A stretch of DNA of 64,000 bases from an uncultured Candidatus Saccharibacteria bacterium (GTDB taxonomy: Bacteria > Patescibacteriota > UBA1384 > CAILIB01 > JAUSJZ01), in assembly GCA_964421635.1 (NCBI GenBank), contig CAYQWZ010000005.1, positions 2,748 through 66,747 on the forward strand. The letters run 5' to 3'. Below the pieces are notes generated by a model, which worked only from the letters and a program-made list of their open reading frames with translations, did not search any database and had not been told where the DNA came from. A program made the translations under genes and the position numbers. Below, in pieces: positions 1 through 11,100 of this stretch (positions within the stretch are counted from its first letter, which is position 1; the number at the start of each line of letters is the position of its first letter).

Positions 1-504
1 CTCATCAGCAAAGATAATCTGCGGGTCATTAATAAGGGCGCGAGCAATGGCCACTCTTTGTTGTTGACCGCCTGATAATTGATTGGAAAAATGATGTAGG
101 CGGTCACCAAGCCCGACTCGTTCTAACGCTTTGCGAGCGCGACCGTCAGCATCAGCTTTATTAATATGATACTGAATTGGTAATTTAACATTATCGAGGG
201 CAGTAGTGCGAGATAGTAGGTTAAACTGCTGAAAGACAAATCCTACCCAATCGGAACGAAGTTCTGCTCGATCTTCATCTTTTAAATGAGCCACACTTTT
301 ACCATCAATCTTAACTGTGCCGCTATTCGGCGTATCTAGTAATCCTAATATATGCATGAGAGTAGATTTGCCTGAGCCAGAAGGTCCAATAATTGCAATA
401 AATTCTCCGCGCTCAATATTTAAATTTACTTCACGCAAAGCCCAAATAGAAACACCATCGAGATCGTAATGCTTCGTTATATTATCGACTTCAATAAAGG
501 CCAT
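1..504 (-). CDS. ABC transporter ATP-binding protein, MacB/LolD-like (C-terminal end lies outside window)
   Basis: Minus-strand translation from ATG at 504 gives Walker A (GPSGSGKST), ABC signature LSGGQQQRVAIARAL and Walker B IIFADE; start is 1 nt after the stop of the upstream HlyD gene (translational coupling). Confidence 0.85.
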   Translation of the reverse strand, partial: MAFIEVDNITKHYDLDGVSIWALREVNLNIERGEFIAIIGPSGSGKSTLMHILGLLDTPNSGTVKIDGKSVAHLKDEDRAELRSDWVGFVFQQFNLLSRTTALDNVKLPIQYHINKADADGRARKALERVGLGDRLHHFSNQLSGGQQQRVAIARALINDPQIIFADE

Positions 505-505
505 T

Positions 506-1747
506 TTACTCCTCTATTTCTACCTCAGCCGAATCCTCTAAATCTCTCACATTATTGCTGACCACAACTTGATCTCCCAGACTTACTCCAGACAACACCT
601 GCGCATCTGTGGCAGATTCAATGCCCAGCTCTACAACTGTTTTTTCAGCCCTACCGTCACGGTAAACATATACTATGTCATCGTCATCTTCAACAATAAT
701 GGCGCGAGATGGAATTGATAGAACATCGGAAACAGTTTCAATTTTAAAACTTGCTTGTCCTGAAAATCCGGCTCTAAAAGTCTTTAACGGCTTATCAATT
801 GTGATAACAACAATATAAATTTCACTACCAGTTGAGTTTAGAGTTGAAGTGCCTGACACATATTGAATTTTGCCAGAAAATGTTTCACCTGGATAAGAGT
901 CAATTTCTAAGTCAACTTCTTGACCAGCAACCAAATTAGCCACATCTGTTTCATCAACTTCAGCTTCAAATCTTAATGCGCTAGGATTAAATACGGTGAC
1001 TACATGCTGCCCTTGAGTTGTCACTTTTTGTGAAACCGCCACTAACTGACCAGAGGCGTCACGAGCTAAACTGACAACTCCTGAAATTGGAGTCAACACA
1101 GTTTTGTTATCATAGTTTTTTTGAGCAGCAGTAAGTACCGCTTCGGCAGAAGTGACAGCCTGTTCAGCCGATTTTAAATCAAGGGCATCTGGGTTTGCCT
1201 CTAAAGCTGCGTGATAAGTTTTTAAAGCTAATTCATGAGCAGTAATAGCTGCATTCCAAGCCGCTTTATTAGTCTCATTATTTGTTTGGTCATAAGCAAA
1301 ATGGGCAGCATCTCGAGCAGCTCTTGCTTGATCAACAGCCGCTTGATAGTAAGTTATATCAATATCATTTAAAACAGATTCTTTAGCTGTTTCGCGCGCC
1401 TGTTTTGTCTGTAATAAAGCTAGCTCGGCTGCTTGTACAGCAGAATTAAGAGCTTCTTCTTTGTATGAATAAAGCGCTTGACCGGCAGCCACCGCTTGGC
1501 CTTCTTGTACAAAAACTTGATCAATTTGCGCCGTTAGGGGAGCATAAACATTATTACTATCTGGGGCTTTCAGTTCACCTGAAGTAGAAATAGTTTTGGT
1601 GATTGTTTTTGTTGCCACTTTGTCTAATTCAACAATTGGCTTCTTGCCATTGCCGCCAAACACCACAAAAAGAATAATTATTACTACTAGCCAGAGCCAC
1701 CAACGCGTCTTCAAAGACTTTATTAAAGATTTAAATATTTTTTTCAT
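506..1747 (-). CDS. HlyD-family membrane fusion protein (MacA-like periplasmic adaptor)
   Basis: 413-aa ORF with N-terminal membrane anchor, long Ala/Gln-rich coiled-coil hairpin, and beta-barrel/lipoyl-like segments typical of RND/MacA MFPs; directly precedes the ABC ATPase. Confidence 0.8.
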   Translation of the reverse strand: MKKIFKSLIKSLKTRWWLWLVVIIILFVVFGGNGKKPIVELDKVATKTITKTISTSGELKAPDSNNVYAPLTAQIDQVFVQEGQAVAAGQALYSYKEEALNSAVQAAELALLQTKQARETAKESVLNDIDITYYQAAVDQARAARDAAHFAYDQTNNETNKAAWNAAITAHELALKTYHAALEANPDALDLKSAEQAVTSAEAVLTAAQKNYDNKTVLTPISGVVSLARDASGQLVAVSQKVTTQGQHVVTVFNPSALRFEAEVDETDVANLVAGQEVDLEIDSYPGETFSGKIQYVSGTSTLNSTGSEIYIVVITIDKPLKTFRAGFSGQASFKIETVSDVLSIPSRAIIVEDDDDIVYVYRDGRAEKTVVELGIESATDAQVLSGVSLGDQVVVSNNVRDLEDSAEVEIEE

Positions 1748-1864
1748 TAAACTTATTATACCCTTTTTAATTTACCCGAATATGCTAACAGAAAAATAAT
1801 ATTTTGTCACGAAAATTTCACAATTGAGCGCTATTATGAGTCTAATATAAGTAACTACCTATAT

Positions 1865-2053
1865 ATGGACACCAAAGCATGGGGGGCAGTTCTTCTTTTA
1901 GTAGGAGGATTAGTTCACTTGTGGCCTGGCCTTGACGAATGGCTGACCACAATTGCTGGTGGAAATCAGCCTTGGCTGCAAATGGTAGTAGGATTAGCCT
2001 CAATTATTGTGGCTATCGCCCTATTATCAAAGACCAGCTCAGATACTGCTTAA
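1865..2053 (+). CDS. small membrane protein, hypothetical
   Basis: 62-aa ORF with two hydrophobic helices; divergent from the HlyD gene; no homology recognised. Confidence 0.4.
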   Translation: MDTKAWGAVLLLVGGLVHLWPGLDEWLTTIAGGNQPWLQMVVGLASIIVAIALLSKTSSDTA

Positions 2054-2119
2054 TTTTTAATTAACAGCTCTGACAAAGGCTTAATTTGGCTGTAATTTTG
2101 GATTTAATAAGATAATTGC

Positions 2120-2620
2120 ATGAATACGAAAACAAAAATCTTATTAATTACAGCTGTTTTTTTAATACTAGTTTTAGCCAAACAGGCACAGGCGATATTT
2201 ATTGTTGAAAAAAGTGTCAAGAATAACATTATTCGTACGGGTGAAATTAATTTTGTGCTCAGTCCAGAAGAAGCCTGGTTAACCTCTGAAAATTTAGTGC
2301 CAGGCCAAACTATCTCTAATGAATTCACTCTCAAGAATACGGGTAGTGCCCCATTAGTAGCTACAATATCTGCAAAAAAATCTGCTGGTTATAAAAACTT
2401 ATTTGATACTTTAATTATTTCTATTAAAGATAACGAACAGCTTATATATGAAGGGCCAGCGTCTGAGATGCTTGAGGCTCAACTATTTTCAGATCCGCTA
2501 GCAGTCGATGTTGAAAAGAAATTCAGTATTCAGGCTCATTTGCCGACAGATGTTAATTCAACGGTCGATAACACCTATTCTAATTTAACTTTTGTGGTAG
2601 AGTCCAAACAAGCTGCGTAA
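2120..2620 (+). CDS. TasA/camelysin-like (Peptidase_M73 family) secreted protein
   Basis: Signal peptide ending AKQAQA, then NNIIRTGEINFVLSPEE...ENLVPGQTISNEFTLKNTGSAPLVATI, which follows the TasA N-terminal pattern (..AGTLDLS...SNLKPGDKLTKDFQFENNGS..); first gene of a tightly packed + strand operon. Confidence 0.65.
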   Translation: MNTKTKILLITAVFLILVLAKQAQAIFIVEKSVKNNIIRTGEINFVLSPEEAWLTSENLVPGQTISNEFTLKNTGSAPLVATISAKKSAGYKNLFDTLIISIKDNEQLIYEGPASEMLEAQLFSDPLAVDVEKKFSIQAHLPTDVNSTVDNTYSNLTFVVESKQAA

Positions 2621-2637
2621 TTGTATATAATAAAAAT

Positions 2638-3681
2638 GTGAAGAGAATAATTATTGTTTTATTATTGACTGTTTTTAGCAGCTCATTAGCTTCGGCTGTT
2701 GAGCAAACTAGTAGTGATAATTACATTATTGAACAACCATCTTTTTCTGGCGGTTCAAATACTAGCGATTCAGATAATTTCTCAACTCGCGGTACTGTTG
2801 GTGACACCTCAGATCTAGGACTAGAGAGTGACAATTATTCTCTTGACGCCACCGAAGCTGCTTCTCGCCAAGCTGATGTTCTGCCCAAACCAACCTTAGA
2901 GAATGATAATGATTACTTCGATAGGTTAAGAATTACTATTGATGAACAAGATAATCCTTCTGACACAAAATATGCCATTGCCATTTCTAAAGATAACTTT
3001 TCGACTTTCAGCTATGTACAGCAAGACTTAACTATAGGTTCAAGCTTGAGTAGTGAAGATTGGCTAATTTTCGCTGAACTTGGGGAAGCTGATGGAGAAT
3101 TAATTATAGGCTTAGATGAGAACACTAGTTACAAAGTAAGGGTGGCTGCTTTTCATGGTGATTTCTCAACTACTCGCTACTCCGCAACTTCAGATGAAGC
3201 TACTACTAGTTCAAGCTATTTGAGATTATCCTCAGATAAAGAAAGCTGCAGTTTGGGAACTTTAACCGAACTTGCCACCGCCACCTGCAACTACAATTTA
3301 AGTTTTTCTTCGAACTATTATGGTGGTTTAAAAATTACGACTAGTGGTTCTACACTAACTTCGGGCGGAAATAAAATTGAAGCTATTGGCTCAACCGCTG
3401 TTGCATCACAAACCGGAATAGAACAGTTCGGTTTTAACGCTAAAGCTAATTCTAATCCGGCGGTTGGTCAAGAGCCAGTCGGCAGCAACATTACTATCAA
3501 TAATCCTTTCACCACCAAAGACTTATTCGCCTTTAGTGAAAATATCGAACAAGACACATTAACCACAGATTCAATAACGGCTACTTCAACCAGCACTATT
3601 TCAATTATTGTCAACGCCGCCTCAGACACAGAGCCGGGCAGCTACCAGACAACAATAACCCACACTATTTATGCCAACTAA
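2638..3681 (+). CDS. secreted Ser/Thr-rich protein with FN3-like segment
   Basis: 347 aa, cleavable signal peptide (LASA|VEQ), very S/T/D/N-rich, segment TSYKVRVAAFHGDFST resembles fibronectin-III strands; 17 nt after previous gene. Confidence 0.7.
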   Translation: MKRIIIVLLLTVFSSSLASAVEQTSSDNYIIEQPSFSGGSNTSDSDNFSTRGTVGDTSDLGLESDNYSLDATEAASRQADVLPKPTLENDNDYFDRLRITIDEQDNPSDTKYAIAISKDNFSTFSYVQQDLTIGSSLSSEDWLIFAELGEADGELIIGLDENTSYKVRVAAFHGDFSTTRYSATSDEATTSSSYLRLSSDKESCSLGTLTELATATCNYNLSFSSNYYGGLKITTSGSTLTSGGNKIEAIGSTAVASQTGIEQFGFNAKANSNPAVGQEPVGSNITINNPFTTKDLFAFSENIEQDTLTTDSITATSTSTISIIVNAASDTEPGSYQTTITHTIYAN

Positions 3682-4528
3682 ATTGGTTGTCTTTTTTTTA
3701 TTAATCCTTCTTTTTCCATCTTTAGCTTGGGGGGCAGATTTGTCTGTGTCGCCAGCAAAACAGCATTTAACAATTAGTTCAACCCAAAACGAGCCAGTTA
3801 AATTAATTGTCAGAAATCACAGCACCAAAAACACCACCATAAATATTGAGACTCGAAATTTAGATAGTAGTTCTACTAGCAGAGTAGAAGAGTGGGTGAC
3901 CTATAGCAATAACAATTTTAATTTAAATGCCAATAGCAGTCAGGAAGTTATGGCTGAAATTAATCCTTCCAATAGTGTGCCAAGCGGCGCATACAGTATA
4001 GGATTAGTAGTTTCGGCCTCTGACCCATCGGTAGAAAGTCAGAACGCAACCGTCGATACTCAAATTACGAGCACAATCTTAATCAATTATTTTTCGAATA
4101 GTGACACCTCCGCCGGAATTGAGGGGATTGACTTAAATACTGAAGCACTAGAAATATCTAGCTATAAAATAAATAATAATTATTTTTGGCCGCAAGCCTT
4201 GCGAGTCGAATTTAATTTAAAAAATAATTCTAAATTCTTTGGAGTGCCACACGGCTTGGTTCGTCTTACTAATTCCAAAGGTGAAGTCGTCAAACAGGCA
4301 AAAATTAATATTTCAGCAAAAGAATTAATGCCCGAACAAACTGCCGAATATTATGTCGACATTAGTAAACCATTTTTCACTACAGGTAATTTCAACATCG
4401 AAATTATCGCTAGCTTGCAAGAAGAGAAGCCAGCAGTGATGCAAAAAAATGTTTTTCTTTTTCCGTGGGTGGGAGTTTTGATACTCTTGCTTATTTACGG
4501 AGGATTCAAACTAAAAGCAAAACACTAA
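3671..4528 (+). CDS. secreted protein with C-terminal membrane anchor (N-terminus weakly TasA-like: ADLSVSPAKQ)
   Basis: 285 aa; signal peptide LAWG|ADLSVSP; C-terminal hydrophobic stretch followed by KLKAKH; overlaps upstream gene by 11 nt. Confidence 0.65.
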   Translation: MPTKLVVFFLLILLFPSLAWGADLSVSPAKQHLTISSTQNEPVKLIVRNHSTKNTTINIETRNLDSSSTSRVEEWVTYSNNNFNLNANSSQEVMAEINPSNSVPSGAYSIGLVVSASDPSVESQNATVDTQITSTILINYFSNSDTSAGIEGIDLNTEALEISSYKINNNYFWPQALRVEFNLKNNSKFFGVPHGLVRLTNSKGEVVKQAKINISAKELMPEQTAEYYVDISKPFFTTGNFNIEIIASLQEEKPAVMQKNVFLFPWVGVLILLLIYGGFKLKAKH

Positions 4529-5098
4529 ATGTCAGCTAAAATAATAGTAGTGAAAAAAATATTTTATGGTGCAATCTGTTCACTGCTAGTTCTCGGTTTT
4601 GCTTTATCAGCTCAAGCCGACAACATCCAGATAACTACCTTAGTGGACACTTCCGGCTCCACCTATAATGCCAGTTTAATTATTGAACCTGAGGCAGTAC
4701 TAGCAGATGGTCAAAGCCAGGCAGTCGTCTTAATATTCATGCGTAACGCTCAGAACGAACCGGTGGCGAATAAAACAATATCCTTAACTACTTCTAGACC
4801 CGATAAGGATGACATTGAAGAAACTCACCCGACAACCGGAGTCGACGGAGTAGCTTATTTTAAATTAAAATCTCAGTTTGAAGGCGACACTATTGTTACG
4901 GCTAGTTTAGGTGAAACCAAAGTCGGAGAAGGGCAGCTAAACTTTTTTAAAAAAAGCCGAGTCTTCTTTTTAACTAATAGTCCTTTAATGGCGGCGGCCG
5001 GATTTTTTGTCATTTTTGAGCTGCTCCGCTTCATATGGTTGTTATTCTTTAAAAAACGCCAACACCAAAAGCAAAAAGAGTGGGTACAGAAATATTAA
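4529..5098 (+). CDS. Big-1 (invasin/intimin-like Ig) domain secreted protein with C-terminal TM anchor
   Basis: Signal peptide; central segment ADGQSQAVVLIFMRNAQNEPVANKTISLTTS...VDGVAYFKLKSQFEGDTIVTASLGE matches bacterial Ig-like group 1 domains; start abuts previous stop. Confidence 0.65.
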   Translation: MSAKIIVVKKIFYGAICSLLVLGFALSAQADNIQITTLVDTSGSTYNASLIIEPEAVLADGQSQAVVLIFMRNAQNEPVANKTISLTTSRPDKDDIEETHPTTGVDGVAYFKLKSQFEGDTIVTASLGETKVGEGQLNFFKKSRVFFLTNSPLMAAAGFFVIFELLRFIWLLFFKKRQHQKQKEWVQKY

Positions 5099-5180
5099 TA
5101 GTTTCCCACAACCTCGACCCTAGTAACGGCCTTGTTTCTACCTTGTTCTAATCTGTAATTCGTGAGAAAATATATATCAG

Positions 5181-8100
5181 ATGAAAGGAGGGCAAATAAC
5201 CAGAGAGTTTAAGTTGTGGAGGCCCTTATCCCGAGTTTTTGTTTGGGCGGTTTTAGCGTTGGTAGTTTTTGTACCTTTGCAGGCCGAGTCTGCCATTAAT
5301 AAACAGCTACAATTTTCAGGCAAACTTACCAAGTCAGACAAAACTAATGTTACTAATGGAGCGTACGGTTTTAAATTTGAAATTTTTAGCGTTGCTTCTG
5401 GCGGCTCAGCTTTATGGACAGAAACTTGGAATGGCTCAAGTTCAAAAATAACAGTCACCGACGGATTATTCTCAATTGCTTTGGGCACTTACACAGATTT
5501 AAGTGTCGTAGATTTTAATAGCTCAAGCTTATATTTAGCAATTTCGTTTGACCCTGGAAACGACGGTACATACGAAGAACTATTTACTACCCGCATCCGT
5601 CTGACCTCAAGCCCTTACTCCCTAAACTCTGACAAACTTGATGGAAAGGATGAAAGTGAATTCGCCGATTTATCCGAAGCCGAAACCATTTCTAATGACT
5701 GGTTATTTGGCGAGGATATCCGTTTTGGTGATGCTGACAATAGTAATTACATCGGTTTTCAGGCTCCAGCCAATATTTCTACGAATGTCATTTGGACTTT
5801 GCCAAGTGTTGACGGCACAGTTAATCAAGTATTAAAGACTGACGGTAATGGCACTCTTAGCTGGGCCGATAGCAGTAGTGGCACTATTGATTTAACTTCC
5901 GAAGTTACGGGCACATTGCCTATTACTAACGGCGGTACCGGCCAAATTACAGCTGCCAATGCTATTAATGCACTCTTGCCAACCCAAACTGGAAATAGTG
6001 GCAAGTATTTAACCACTAACGGTTCAGTCTCCAGCTGGGCCGCAGTTGCTGGAGGAGGCGCTAGTAATATAGCCGACCTAGACGATGTCACTATATCTTC
6101 CGTGGCAGACAATGAAATTTTTCAGTATGATAATGGAACATCAAAATGGATTAATCAAACTTTTGCTGAAGCTGGTATCGCCGTCACGGGTGATCTGCAC
6201 GATGCGGTGACAGTAGTAGACAGCGACACTATTGACTTCACTCTCTCCACGCAACAGATTACCGCAATCGTCATCGCCGACTCCATCGACGATACTCACA
6301 TTGATTGGGGCTCGGGTGCCAACCAAGTTGATTTGGACGACATTCCCGATGGCACTTCATACGAACGAGTGGCGGCCGCGCAGTTAAGTTCTGGAATCTA
6401 TATTGATGCTTCAACTGCCACTAAAGGTATCGCCTCTTTCACTGCCGCCGACTTTGATGCTGCCTCGGGTGTAATCTCTATTGACTACGCTAACGGGACC
6501 GCAGCTTCAGGTGCAGCTAAAGGTTTCTTAACCGCTGCCGACTGGACTACCTTTAATAGTAAACAAGCAGCTGGTAGCTACATCACTTCGTTTACCCTAG
6601 CCGGTACCTCGGGCTCCAACCAGACCATCTCTCAAGGAGACACTTTAACCATTGCTGCCGGTACAGATATCACCACTACAGGCGGAGCAACAGATATAAT
6701 AACTGTCGCTAACTCTTCTACTTTGGCTACTGTTACTGGTAGAGGAGCTACGACAACCACCTTGGTTAACTTAGATGGTGGTATTGCCGTTGACACCTCG
6801 AACTTCACGGTTTCTGGAACAACTGGAGCGACTGCTATCACGGCTGTTAACGCCGCTTCTGGCTCCCTAAACGCTCTTGGTCTGTCTGGAACACTGGGCA
6901 TTTTTAACGGCACCGACACCTTCCGTGGCATCTATCTTAACTACACCAACGCCAACCACACTGGTTCATCCAATTATGTTTACGGCTTAGATATTGCGGC
7001 TATTACTGCTGATGCGGAAGCTACAGAGCGGGCTATTAATGTTGGAGTTGGCTGGGATGTTGGATTATACATTGCTGATGCTGCTACCTATTCCCTGCAG
7101 TTAGCTTCCACAGATGGTGATGCCGCTTCGGGTATTACATTTGGAACAGATACCAACCTCTACCGCTCCGCTGCTAATACTCTAAAAACAGATGACGCGC
7201 TAATTGTTACCGGACACACTACCTTTGAAGGAGTCACCTCTACAGGTGCTACGGGTACTGGCAAACTAGTTTACGGCACTTCACCTACTTTAGCTACTCC
7301 TATCTTAGGAGCAGCTACCTACACTACCTTATCTGGTGGTAATATAACTAATTCAGCTTTAACTTCGGGTAGACTTACTTACGCCGGTACTTCAGGAATC
7401 CTTCAAGACTCTGCCAATATGACATTTGGCGCTACCTATGGATTAACTCTAGCTGCTGGTTCTACTTCTGGTTTACAGCTATCTTCAACGGCTGGTACGG
7501 CGGCGGGTGGAATCCTTCTTGGTACGGACACTAACATTTATCGCTCCGCTGCTAATATTTTAAAGACAGATGATTCCTTTACTGTTGGTACTAATCTTGT
7601 AGTAACAGGGTCCACAACTTTAGATACATCTTTGACTGGAATGGTTAAAGCTTCTTCGGGGGTTATCTCAGCCGCGTCAGCTGGAACAGATTATCTTGTT
7701 CCCGGCGGTACATTGTTTACCCTAGCCGGTACCTCAGGCTCTAACCAGACTATCTCGCAAGGGAACACTCTAACCATCGCTGCCGGAACAGATATTACTA
7801 CTACTGGTGGGGCTACGGATACTGTAACTGTTGCTAACTCATCTACTCTAGCTACGGTTACAGGTAGAGGAGCTACTACTACCACTTTAACTAATCTTGA
7901 TGGCGGTATTGCTATAGATACGGACAACTTTACCGTTTCGGGGACTTCCGGTGCCCTAGCCATTGCTGGCGCCATGACTACCGGAACTGCTGCTAACATC
8001 TCTTTTGATAGTGCCGGACAGACTGGCGCTTTAACTGGCCTAAATGTAGATTTTTCCAATATCACAGCTGACGGCACCAATACTGTTTATGGCATTCATG

Positions 8101-11100
8101 TTCAAGATCCAGTTTCTAATACAGCTAGTACCGAATACGGAATCTACCAAGCTGGCACTAACTGGGATTATGGTGGCTATTTTGAAGACGATCTTCGTAC
8201 AACCGGCATGGACATTCAACAAGCTAGTGCTGATCCGCAAATTCACTTTGATTTCTACTCCTCCGGAGCAAGCGATAACACTGGTGAAACAGTCGCCGGC
8301 ACTGGCGCTGATGATGCTTCTATGGGAACAATTGCTTGGTCTAACCCCAGCAGAGTTACGGCTGATGATGGGTCACGAGCACAGTGTATCTTTTCTGGAG
8401 TCAGCACCTGTCACTATCTCAAAGCAACAAACTTTGGTTTTAGCATTCCCGAAGGCTCATCTATCATCGGCATAGTGGCAACAGTAGAAGGATTGTGTCC
8501 GGTATGGTCAGGTGCGGCTACATGGGAATCTGTACGACTAGTTGATGGAGACGGGACTATTGTGGGAGATGATAAATCCCCGGATACTGCTTTTCCTTCT
8601 GGCGAAGATACAAAAACTGATTTTGGTGCATCCGATAACACCTGGAGCGCCTCTCTAGATAGAAATGACATCAATGATTCAGATTTTGGTTTTGTTTTTA
8701 CAGGTTCAAGATCAGGAGGACTTAACTCCCAACTGTTAATTGATGCTATGTACGTCACGGTCTATTATTCCAGCGCCGAACAAGACTACGACTGGACCAT
8801 GGGTATTGATGAAGATGCCGGTGGAATATTTGCTATCTCCAGAAGCGCCGGTACGCTGGGTAGTAATAACGCTCTCACAATCGATTCAAACAGCGACGTC
8901 ACCATCTCTTCCGACTTATCTGTCACGGACACCTTGACCGTAAACGGAGTCAACGCCGCTGGTGGTTCTGCTGATGCCACCACACTAACGGGCACTCTGG
9001 GTGCTATGGATGGTTCTGATACTTACCGCGGCTTGTATCTCAATTACACCAACGCTGACCACACCGGTGCCAGTAATGTTTTTTATGGATTAGATATTGC
9101 CGGTATTACTGCCGACGCCGACGCCACCGAATATGCAATGAATATTGGAGCCGGCTGGGATGCTGGTCTTTATATCGCTGATGGTGCCACTTATTCCTTA
9201 CAGTTAGCCTCCACTGATGGCGATGCGGCTTCAGGAATAACTTTTGGTACAGACACTAACCTCTACCGCAGTGCTGCTGACACCCTGAAAACAGATGATG
9301 CCTTAATTGTTACTGGCCATACCACCTTTGAGGGAGTTACTTCTACAGGTGCTACTGGTACCGGAAAGTTAGTCTACGACAACACACCCACTTTAATTAC
9401 CCCTGCCCTGGGAGCAGCCACCTACACTACCTTATCTGGTGGTAATATAACCAATTCAGCTTTAACTTCGGGTAGAGTTACTTATGCTGGCACAGCCGGA
9501 ATCCTGCAAGACTCTGCCAACATGACATTTGATACCACAAACGGTCTAAAGCTGGCCGCCGGAAGCGCATCCGCTCTTCAACTCACCTCAACCGCTGGAA
9601 CCTCAGTGGGTGGAGTTATGTTTGGTGCAGATACTAATTTATATCGTGTCTATGATACGGAAGCCCGATTACAAACAGATAATCCTCTAAATGTTGGTGG
9701 AACAATACAAATAAATCCATTTATCAGTGGTGGTGGTTATGTTTCTACCTACTCCTATCGTGATGATACAGGTGGTGGTGGACTTTCAACAAATGCCGCT
9801 AGAGGCACAAGGGCCACCCCAACTGTAATTCACGATGACGACTATTTAGGTAACTTTAACTTTAATGGTTACGATGGAAATTCTTATGAAATAGGTGGTC
9901 AGTTTAGATTTATGGTTGATGGAACAGTTAGCGATGGGGTTGTACCGGGAAGGTTTGAAGTAAATACAACTACTTCTGGAGGAGTATCAACTTTAGGACT
10001 AACTTTAGATAGTGCCCAAAAGCTCTGGCTTGGTAGCACCTTAGACACCAACCTTTATCGCGGTGCCGCTAATGAATTAACAACCGATGATCTCCTCTCC
10101 TTCAGCTCGACTAAAGCTGCCAACGCCGTCGACTTCAAATCCTACAAACCAGATAGCGCTGGCGGAGCTCAGTTCTTATTTAACACTTCAGCCGCAATTT
10201 CATCCGCCACCATCTTTGCTGTACAAGAGAATGGTACAAACGCATTTCTAATTGATAAAGATAATCAAGTCTTAATGCCCGCTGTTTATAACGACACTGT
10301 TGGTGGCACTAATCGCGACTTATTTATAGATAACACTGGTAAACTGGGATATGTCGTCTCTTCAGAAAGATATAAAGAGAACATAGTAGCATTGCAGAAC
10401 AATAACACTGACTGGCTTTATGACCTACGACCAGTATCCTTTGATTATAAAGATAAAAATCTCGGCGTAGATCAAATTGGTTTAATAGCCGAAGAGGTAG
10501 CCGAAATATTCCCTAATATTGTTAGCTACAGCCGTGAAAATCCAAATCTGGCTGAGACAGTTAGTTACAGTAAATTAGTTGTGCCGTTGCTTAACGAAGT
10601 ACAAAATCTTAACCAAGACTTGTCTACTGTAGATATTGCAGTAGCACAAATTCAGTCGGACATTATTGAAAGACTGACCACTCAGACTGCTATCCTTAAT
10701 ACCATTGAAAGCTCTGCCGGTAAAGATTTGGTACTCAAATCAAGTTCAGGCAAAGTTATTGTTGATTCTTCTATTGAGGTAAACGGCAAAGTGATCTTTC
10801 ATAATGATCTGACTGTCCACGGAGAAATCGCTGGTGTTAGTATTGACCTTGAAGAAAATAAATCGACTGGTCGAGGTACAATAGTCAATAACGAAGATAA
10901 GGTATATATCAAAACAGATATTATTGAGCCAGACGACAAGGTACTGCTAACACCTATTATCACAAATAAAAACGAAACTGACTTACAGGGTAACAGCGTT
11001 CAGCTTTACAGAGGTATTATAGATGAGGGCATCGGATTTTGGGTACACGTCATTAGCAGTCGCGATTTAGAGAAAGAATTGCCGTTCGATTGGCTAATAG

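Noticed and set aside
5825-8995. Multiple 60-130-aa minus-strand ORFs (e.g. 6632-6931, 7691-8080, 8414-8758)
   Set aside because: They lie antisense inside the uninterrupted, domain-supported 1975-aa gene; repetitive GC-rich codons of the fibre repeats generate stop-free antisense frames
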